Part shown: piece after piece, positions 57,391 to 64,000 of the stretch
How the letters are laid out: each line of letters opens with the position of its first letter
Position numbering within the stretch: position 1 is the stretch's first letter
Assembly (NCBI GenBank): GCA_963667785.2
Contig: CAXXMU010000002.1
Span: 320,001 to 384,000 of the forward strand
Reading direction: 5' to 3'
From: Alphaproteobacteria bacterium
GTDB lineage: Bacteria; Pseudomonadota; Alphaproteobacteria; UBA828
Length of the DNA stretch: 64,000 nt
Program-made: the position numbers and the translations under genes
The notes under the pieces: model-generated
Database searches by the model: none
What the model was told of the DNA's origin: nothing
Seen by the model: the letters and a program-made list of their open reading frames with translations, nothing else

Positions 57391-58082
57391 GGCGTACGCG
57401 GGCGTGGAGTTCGAGTATCACACCACCGGGGGCGAGGTGACGCGGCTCGAGTTGGGGCTCACCGCCGAAGACGTAACGGAGCCTGGAGCGCAACTGGCGC
57501 AGCTCGGCGAGGAACCGTGCTCGACCGAGCACTGACGGGGAAGCCGGGCGGAGGGCGATGTTCGGTGGCGAGACGTTCATCGTGCGAATCGACGAGGACG
57601 CCTTGGCCCCGCGCGGGCATGGCCGTGGCGTAGGTACGTGGCGGGAAAGCGGCTCCGCCGGCGCATTGACCGGTGCCGAGCCGTTACCAGCTGTTGCGAT
57701 GAGGGCGTAGGCGGCGAGCCGCGTCTCGTGCAGTTCAATGGCGGTGCTGGCCCTCGCGGGTGGACGCCTGCGCGGCATCTGGTATTCGTTCGGCGAAGCC
57801 GTGGTAGTTTGAGTGAGCGGCGGTTGTGTACGACCGCGCTGACCGGGAACCTCTTGGCCGCGCACCCGATCTCCTGCGCAGGCTCGGCGGTTCCACGGCT
57901 TGGCCGAACGGATTCCGCCGCAGAAGTCAGAAATGGGCTGGAGTTTACTTCTTCAAGCCTACTTGGTGTGTATGTTCCCAAATCCGCTGTCGCGGTCACA
58001 CTCGCGCTGTCTTCCAACCCATTGAGTTGAAACGACTATTCGTGTCAGCGCGGCAGGCCATACTAGTGGTGAGAAATACGGG

Positions 58083-58790
58083 CTAGTTCTTGACGAAGTG
58101 ACCCAGGTAATGGCGGCTTTCCGCTCGAAGGTCGCCCGGACTTACGCGAGCATCGTGAACAAGACGCTCCGTACAGCAGACATACGCGACGTTCGCCGCC
58201 TGAAGCATACGCAAACAGGGAACACCCCGCGCGTTCCGGATATATGTGTCGGCGATTTCGCAGGGATGGAGGCGTTCCGGTGACGCCACGCACTCTGCCA
58301 TTTCTTCGATCGGCACGGGCACCACGTAGACATGCCTGTCTCCAGGTCCCCTGTTGACGACTATCCGGTTCCGGCTCTTCCACCTCGAGGACAGGTCGAG
58401 TCCATCCCACGTGTCGAGGTGCAACCCCAGCCTCAGACCCGATCCGCGATCCACCGTGATCGAAGGATGAGTCCCGTGATCGACGGAAGCGTCGAGCGCA
58501 ACAACCGGCGACAGGCTGAGAAATGGCGTGAAGTCCAATTCCCTCTCGGAATTCACGTCGCAAGGGAAGAGCGCAACGAAGTCCAGCTCGTCCTCGATCG
58601 TCAACGCGTCGAGAGAGGCGGTGTATTGTTCGATCTCACGTTGGCCCAGCCTTCGGAAGTCCACGGGCAACCTGGCGTCGGGTCGGTAATCGACGGCGTC
58701 CGGACAAGACTCGTGCGCACAGACGAGCGTTTCGCTGAACGAAATCAGATCGCGCACGTCGCCGAGCCTGCGGTCGACGTAGATTCTCAT
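58083..58790 (-). CDS. Hypothetical metalloenzyme (HxD...H; candidate Fe(II)/2OG-type RiPP tailoring enzyme)
   Basis: GLHLDTWD, NRIVVNRGPGDR, AYVCCTERLVHDA; co-oriented just downstream of the rSAM gene. Confidence 0.6.
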   Translation of the reverse strand: MRIYVDRRLGDVRDLISFSETLVCAHESCPDAVDYRPDARLPVDFRRLGQREIEQYTASLDALTIEDELDFVALFPCDVNSERELDFTPFLSLSPVVALDASVDHGTHPSITVDRGSGLRLGLHLDTWDGLDLSSRWKSRNRIVVNRGPGDRHVYVVPVPIEEMAECVASPERLHPCEIADTYIRNARGVPCLRMLQAANVAYVCCTERLVHDARVSPGDLRAESRHYLGHFVKN

Positions 58791-58889
58791 CGAGGACTTG
58801 CTGATACCGGCGCGAGAACGCGTTGACGCCGCGAATTACCTGGATTCATAAGGGCCCCCATGCCGCAGACCACAGGCATGTCGACTGCC

Positions 58890-60092
58890 TCAGATCAGGT
58901 CCGCGCCGATCTTTTCCAACGGCTCGCCGTGCAAAGCCAAATACTTCAACAAGTGGGTGTAGAACCTGTCCAATCCTTCACAATAGACGGTGGGGTTGTC
59001 GAATCCATTGCTGCTCGCATACCGGTGTACCGGCTGACCGCTGCCACAGACGTCGCGCCAACAACAATCCGAACACGCAGATGCAGGTGTCTTCTTGAAA
59101 TATTCGAATTCGTGAAACAATGGATCCTGAATGATTTCCTCCAGGCTGAAGCTCTTCAGATCCCTGTACTCGTATCCGCTCCAGTACTTCGTGGATCTCA
59201 GCGTGTCGTCCGGCCCGACTCCGCCATCGGACGATACCGTAAGCAGAAGATAGTCCGGGTCACCTCTCCCGGCAGCGAAAAGGAAATTCCCGCTTCCGTA
59301 GAGTCGCGCCAGAAAGTGATCGATGAACCTGACGCCGACAGATTCCTCGTCATTCACCATCTGGTCGAAAATCTCGATCAGGAAATCCCCGTACGCTCCG
59401 GCATCGCCACCGAAATTGTCGTGGTTCAGGTCGGGGAGCAGGAAGTCGATGAGCCCCACGTGCAGGTCGCGGCGAAAGTGTTCGTAGATTTCCCTGGGAT
59501 CGAATTTCTCTCCGATCACAGCCAGGACCATGGGAGGCTGATGCAGGTGCTCCTGACATAGCGCCAGGCCGCGAACGGTCGCCCGGTAGGACGACCTGCC
59601 ATGATGATCGAGACGATGGGCGTCGTTGTGCACCTGCGCGCCGTCGAGGCTGACACCCACCTCCACGCCATGTCTGTTGAGAATCTCTATCCACTCGAGA
59701 TCGATCAGCATGCCGTTGGTCTGGATCGTCAGCGACAGGTCGACGATGCCCGCCAGACCCGATCTGATCTCATGGCAGATACCGTCGAGCCGGGCCTTCG
59801 GCATCAGGAGAGGTTCGCCGCCGTGCAGGTGGATCGCTATTCGTTGCAGCTCGTACTCTTCGGAGAATTGTCTGAGCCGCTGCACCAGCAGTGCGACCGT
59901 GTCATCCGATATGAACGCCGCATGACTCTTGTAGCTGTCGTCGCCCGCATTGAAGAAATAGCAATAGTCGCAATCCAGGTTACAGCGTTCGGTAATTTTC
60001 AATATGACTTCCAGCGTTTTGAGCTTGCGGAAGTTCACCGTTCTCCTATCGGTGGCGACAGGTGTCTTCGAGTCTTGCATCGCTGTGGCCAT
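58890..60092 (-). CDS. Radical SAM/SPASM peptide maturase (cyclophane-forming FxsB/XyeB/DarE-like); start 60092 or 60080
   Basis: ILKITERCNLDCDYCYFF, HGGEPLL, QTNG, GVSLDG, PDDTLR, CSDCCWRDVCGSG..HRY...NGFDNPTVYC. Confidence 0.88.
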   Translation of the reverse strand: MATAMQDSKTPVATDRRTVNFRKLKTLEVILKITERCNLDCDYCYFFNAGDDSYKSHAAFISDDTVALLVQRLRQFSEEYELQRIAIHLHGGEPLLMPKARLDGICHEIRSGLAGIVDLSLTIQTNGMLIDLEWIEILNRHGVEVGVSLDGAQVHNDAHRLDHHGRSSYRATVRGLALCQEHLHQPPMVLAVIGEKFDPREIYEHFRRDLHVGLIDFLLPDLNHDNFGGDAGAYGDFLIEIFDQMVNDEESVGVRFIDHFLARLYGSGNFLFAAGRGDPDYLLLTVSSDGGVGPDDTLRSTKYWSGYEYRDLKSFSLEEIIQDPLFHEFEYFKKTPASACSDCCWRDVCGSGQPVHRYASSNGFDNPTVYCEGLDRFYTHLLKYLALHGEPLEKIGADLI

Positions 60093-60440
60093 TGGAGTCA
60101 GCTCGAACGCGTCGCCGTCGCATGCGGGCAATTCCTGCCGAATGGCAGATCGTCGAGGCCTGCATTGAACGCGCGCCCCGGCGACGCGGCGAACTCAAGC
60201 GAGGCGACGGCTCTGTTCGGGGAACGATACCGCGCGTCTTTCAAGGTATGCGCCCGCCCGCCTGCCTCGGGCCGTCCGGGTCGAATTCCGCACTTGGTGT
60301 GCAAAGCGCCTGCCGACCGCCGCCAAGCCCCGCGGCCGTCGAGCGACCCCTTCGTCCGCAAAAGCCGATAACTCCCTCGAGCCTCTCCGGCTTCAGGAGC
60401 AGGCAACAGGCCCTTAACGCAGGCGACTACCCGCCGCTGC

Positions 60441-60713
60441 CTAATCGGTCACGGACGGCGCAGAGACGAAATTGCCGCCCGACCCGGGATGATTTGCCGC
60501 CACCACGGACGGCGCCGAGACGAAGTTGCCGCCCGACCCGGGATGATTTGCCGCCACCGCGGACGGCGCCGAGACGAAGTTGCCGCCCGATCCCGGATAG
60601 CCTGGGATCTTCTGCCGCAGATTCGGGCTGATCGCCTTACCTGCCGCTGCCCTCTGGTCCTCGGCCGAGATCCCCAGCTTCTCACGGAGCTTGCGTACTT
60701 TCAGGTCTTCCAT
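60441..60713 (-). CDS. Putative RiPP precursor with three tandem core repeats
   Basis: GAGGTG RBS; charged leader of about 38 aa, then (Y/H)PGSGGNFVSAPS x3; repeat differences are mostly synonymous. Confidence 0.82.
   Translation of the reverse strand: MEDLKVRKLREKLGISAEDQRAAAGKAISPNLRQKIPGYPGSGGNFVSAPSAVAANHPGSGGNFVSAPSVVAANHPGSGGNFVSAPSVTD
60450..60599 (-). repeat. 54-bp tandem repeat (about 2.8 copies) encoding the precursor cores
   Basis: Unit CACGGACGGCGCCGAGACGAAGTTGCCGCCCGACCCGGGATGATTTGCCGCCAC on the + strand. Confidence 0.92.
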
Positions 60714-60928
60714 GAGTCACCTCGTGGTCCGTGTGATAAATGGCAATCGGGAGCCTCTACTCTACACCCGGATCTCTCGATACAGAGAATTTATTTCCTA
60801 TAGATGCTCGGCACTTTTCTTATGCGGGCTCGGCTCGTGCGGCGATCCGCTCTGGCTCGGAGACTCGCCAAGCCTGCATCGTCGATCGCGAAGGCACGGT
60901 CCTGGGAGAACGCGCACTCGACGGGGCG

Positions 60929-61423
60929 TCAAAAGATGATGCTCACCGCCCCGTGCCAGGAGAGGTCCTCCAGATCCAGCACCGCGCGGCGGTACGCTAT
61001 CCTCAAGTCCCCGCCGTCCCTCCTCAGGATGTACTCGACGGTGCCGACGTAGGGCGCTCCTTCGCCGCTACGGAACCGGTAGACGAGGACGTTTGCGGAG
61101 ACCGACAGGTGCCCCTCGTCGGTCTCTTCGACGCGCACGTTGGAAACGAAGCGGCGGGTCCGCGACCGCGGGCGCTCGCGGTGGGAATAGCGGCTGTTCA
61201 AGCGCGCCGCTCGAGCGCGCAACCGGATGATATCGTCGTCGATGAACACCAGATCGCGCTTAGGGTCCCCTTCCGGCAAGTCCGTGGAGGGAACCACGTA
61301 CCGAGCGTCGTCCGTGAACAGGCCAACCCACTCCTCCAGCCTCCATTCGTCCAGAAGCGCCGCTTCCCTGAACAGGAACTCCTCGACCGTCGCCCGCAAC
61401 GAGCACCCGCTGTCGGCCGTCAT
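60929..61423 (-). CDS. Aromatic ring-hydroxylating dioxygenase beta subunit
   Basis: VEEFLFREAALLDEWRLEEW, PRSRTRRFVSNV; ATGA overlap with the alpha subunit. Confidence 0.9.
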   Translation of the reverse strand: MTADSGCSLRATVEEFLFREAALLDEWRLEEWVGLFTDDARYVVPSTDLPEGDPKRDLVFIDDDIIRLRARAARLNSRYSHRERPRSRTRRFVSNVRVEETDEGHLSVSANVLVYRFRSGEGAPYVGTVEYILRRDGGDLRIAYRRAVLDLEDLSWHGAVSIIF

Positions 61424-62778
61424 CGCTCGCCGGTCCGACAGTGCCCAGGGTCGCCGGCCTCCGAAGAAGCCGCTGCGGCTTGCGATGTTGCGGGCGGCCC
61501 ATCCTGTACGTCGGTCGTATCGAGGCCCTGCATATTCGCGTGCCACTGCCGCCAGAATCCCCGCATTTGGAGCTCGTCTGCCGTTCCCGGACAGGGCGTC
61601 AGCATGCCCCTCGAGATGTCGGACCACTCGGCTTCGGTAGCGCGGAAGCCGGCCTGACAGGATTCCAGCGCTTCCACGTCATCCGGTGTGGCAAAGCCGC
61701 CCGGTCCGAGGAAGGTCAGGTAGCTGTCGAGTCGGGTGGCCAGCACCGCGCCCGACTCCTCTCTGGGCACGAGGTGCCAGGCCGTGACCTCCATTCTGTC
61801 CGGTGACAGGGGCTCGATATACCTGATGCTGATCGCCACGAAGTCCATGATCAGCAGGTTCGGATAGACGAGCAGGTTTCGAGAGGTGTCGGCCATCCGG
61901 TAGGCACGGTCTTCTCCGTATGTCTGCACCAGCCGCTCGCGCACCCGCGCTATGCGCTCCCTGGCCTCCTCGCCGAATATCGGGTGCCAGCGGGCGATGG
62001 GGCGGCCGTTCCTGGCTATGTTCTCCGATACGCAGTGGCCGTTGCCCAAGGCCCTTCCTGCGCCGGGGGGACGGGCAGCTAGCGTGTCCCCGCTGTCGTC
62101 TGTCCCGAGGCCGGTCATATAATCCACGTAGGTCCGATGCGTCGGGATCAGGTGGTATCCATCGAGGCTGTTCTCGGCCAACAGCTTCCAGTTGGCCTTC
62201 ATGGCGTACTTGTTGGAACCGGGAATCACCCGCATCCCTTCCTCGGCCTGGTCGACGACCAGGTCAAGGTAGTCTCTGGCCCCCGCCAGGTAAGTGACCA
62301 GGTCCTCGCCCTGCGCGTTGAAGCTCACGAAGTAGAAGCCCCGGTAGTTGTCCACCCTGGGTGGCTTCTTCAGGCCGAGTTCGCTCGGATCGAAGTCGGG
62401 GCCATAGGCCTCTCTTCTGGGAACGCCGATCAGCTCGCCGCGGGTGTCGAAAGTCCAGGCGTGATAGAAGCACCGCAGAACCTCGGCATTCCCGGAATCG
62501 CGGCGGCATATCGTGGCACCCCGGTGCGGGCAGGAGTTGAAGAACACCCGTATCTGCCCGTCTTTGCCGCGAACAAAGAAGAGCGGTCGGCCAGCGACCG
62601 TGCGGCGGCGGTAGTCTCCGGGCCTCTCCACCTCCGATTCGTGTCCCAGGTAGATCCAGCATCTGTCGAAGATCAGTTCCCGTTCCCGCTGGAACAGATC
62701 GGAGGACGTCATGCACGACCGATGGACCCTGAAGACCCCGCGCTTCCGGTCGTCGATGATTAGGTCCTGGATGTCCAT
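61420..62778 (-). CDS. Aromatic ring-hydroxylating dioxygenase alpha subunit
   Basis: NSCPHRG...CFYHAW Rieske motif, NWKLLAENSLDGYHLIPTH, GPGGFATPDD. Confidence 0.92.
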   Translation of the reverse strand: MDIQDLIIDDRKRGVFRVHRSCMTSSDLFQRERELIFDRCWIYLGHESEVERPGDYRRRTVAGRPLFFVRGKDGQIRVFFNSCPHRGATICRRDSGNAEVLRCFYHAWTFDTRGELIGVPRREAYGPDFDPSELGLKKPPRVDNYRGFYFVSFNAQGEDLVTYLAGARDYLDLVVDQAEEGMRVIPGSNKYAMKANWKLLAENSLDGYHLIPTHRTYVDYMTGLGTDDSGDTLAARPPGAGRALGNGHCVSENIARNGRPIARWHPIFGEEARERIARVRERLVQTYGEDRAYRMADTSRNLLVYPNLLIMDFVAISIRYIEPLSPDRMEVTAWHLVPREESGAVLATRLDSYLTFLGPGGFATPDDVEALESCQAGFRATEAEWSDISRGMLTPCPGTADELQMRGFWRQWHANMQGLDTTDVQDGPPATSQAAAASSEAGDPGHCRTGER

Positions 62779-62945
62779 GAGATCACCCGTATGCCCCGAA
62801 TCTCGATTTACAAAAGGATGCCGGTGTTTCGTCGCAAGCGACTCTCGCAGCAGCGCGATTCGACCTGAAGGTCCTGTCGCCTCGCGAGGCGACAAACGCC
62901 AACATAGCGCCGCCGCCTTCGCAGGTCACAACGATCCACTGCGCT

Positions 62946-63134
62946 CTCGCCGGGCTCGGCGTCGCGCTCGTCCCGGCGATGACGGCGCATCGCCACGTGG
63001 ATGCCGGGCGGCTTCGGTGCGTCGAGGCACCGGAAGGGCAGATGGATCGCCCTTGCGCCGTGGAGCATCCGCACGCCATCGCGGGCTGGCCCATCGTCGG
63101 CGGCCCAGTAGAATGCTTCGAGCGCTCCGCGTGA
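62946..63134 (+). pseudogene. C-terminal remnant of a LysR-type regulator
   Basis: LAGLGVALVPAMTAHRHVDAGRLRCV matches the end of a LysR substrate-binding domain; no start or HTH. Confidence 0.5.
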
Positions 63135-63309
63135 GCGTCTCGAGTGTCAATCGCCGAGCCTGGCGAAGCCGAACTGGGGCGACCCCGAGGGTATGACCTG
63201 AGCGGTCGCCCTGTTCCATGAAGTAGCGCTATCCAGTCGCTCGCGACCGCAGGAAGGTGGAGACCGGTCCCGGTCTCGACATCGTCGCGAGCCAATCAGG
63301 GAGACACTT

Positions 63310-64000
63310 ATGCGCATCTACAACTACAAGAAGGGGACGGCGCGACGGCTCGCGGTGGAGGATGACAACCAGCTGGTCGACTTGATCGATGCGCTGGGCG
63401 GCCAGCGCACGCTCACCGCGCGGGACCGCGACGCGCTCGCCGACACGATCTCCTTCATCGAATCAGGAGATCGGGGCCTGCGCCTCGCGCGCAAGGCGAT
63501 CCGCGAAAGCCGCGCCGCCGGCAAGGGCCGCCGCAGCCTGGCCCGGGCCACGCTGTTCGCGCCCGTCGAGCCCGCGGTCATCCTGTGTTCGGGAGAGAAC
63601 TACTGGGATCACCGGGACGAGAAGCCGGTGGTCGAGGGCAAGGAGCCCGAGTTCTTCATCAAGCTCCAGCAATGCGCCAACGGCCCCTACGACGACATCG
63701 TCTACGAGCCGAAGATCACCCGGAAGCTGGACTACGAGACCGAGCTTGCCATCGTCATCGGCAAGGGCGGGCGCCACATCCCCAAGCGGGATGCGATGAA
63801 GCACATATTCGGCTTCACCGTCATGAACGACGTCACGGCCCGGGACCGGCAGGTCAAGATGCGGCCCGACGGCACCTCGCAATACGCGCTCGGACCGGGC
63901 AAGAACTTCGATACCTCAGCCCCGCTCGGCCCCTGCATCGTCACGACGGACGAGCTTGGCAACCCGCAGAAGCTGGCGCTCCGCACCTGGGTCAACGACG
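63310..64000 (+). CDS. Fumarylacetoacetate hydrolase family protein (runs off window)
   Basis: GENYWDH, LDYETELAIVIGK, MNDVTARD, GKNFDTSAPLGP; GGGAG RBS. Confidence 0.9.
   Translation, partial: MRIYNYKKGTARRLAVEDDNQLVDLIDALGGQRTLTARDRDALADTISFIESGDRGLRLARKAIRESRAAGKGRRSLARATLFAPVEPAVILCSGENYWDHRDEKPVVEGKEPEFFIKLQQCANGPYDDIVYEPKITRKLDYETELAIVIGKGGRHIPKRDAMKHIFGFTVMNDVTARDRQVKMRPDGTSQYALGPGKNFDTSAPLGPCIVTTDELGNPQKLALRTWVND

Noticed and set aside
57391-58080. ORFs of 86-282 aa between DUF934 and the RiPP cluster (possible protease, transporter or second precursor)
   Set aside because: No recognisable motifs, RBS or consistent codon bias; probably degenerate junction DNA
58890-60092. Anaerobic sulfatase maturase or PqqE
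   Set aside because: No sulfatase or pqq genes nearby; the motifs and upstream repeat peptide fit a cyclophane-type peptide maturase better (not formally tested)
60098-60406. 102-aa ORF between the precursor and the rSAM gene (possible RRE/PqqD)
   Set aside because: Arg/Gly/Ala-rich shadow-like composition with no PqqD-like pattern
60450-60599. Tandem repeat as a CRISPR array
   Set aside because: Units are contiguous 54-mers with no unique spacers, they keep the reading frame, and no cas genes are present
195-63995. Many long overlapping antisense or alternate-frame ORFs (e.g. 42895-45726, 24751-26679, 19066-21186)
   Set aside because: Typical high-GC shadow ORFs that overlap well-supported genes and lack motifs

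Overview
High-GC bacterial DNA, most likely Alphaproteobacteria (frr-uppS, purB, mmcB, hisN, cysG-DUF2849-cysI-DUF934, tRNA-Gln). The gene content suggests a host-associated lineage, possibly a marine invertebrate or sponge symbiont; this is inference only. Two systems stand out. (1) A compact ~10 kb bacterial sterol biosynthesis cluster (36.3-46.5 kb): SdmB-like reductase, SdmA-like Rieske oxygenase, ERG24/DHCR7-family reductase, CYP51, a squalene epoxidase-oxidosqualene cyclase fusion, a C-24 sterol methyltransferase and an EBP-like isomerase candidate. It begins just inside a tRNA/tmRNA-3'-end-like att scar. (2) A candidate new RiPP system (58.1-60.7 kb): a 90-aa precursor with three tandem (Y/H)PGSGGNFVSAPS cores, a cyclophane-type radical SAM/SPASM maturase and an unclassified HxD...H metalloenzyme. 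Also present: amine/heterocycle catabolic genes, a Mo-hydroxylase, a PIN/Phd toxin-antitoxin pair, a solute-binding-protein/histidine-kinase/PP2C signalling cluster, histidine decarboxylase, a secreted sphingomyelinase-like enzyme, a dispersed hairpin repeat that shows covariation, and several frameshifted or truncated genes. All product calls come from motif recognition by eye; no database searches were run.
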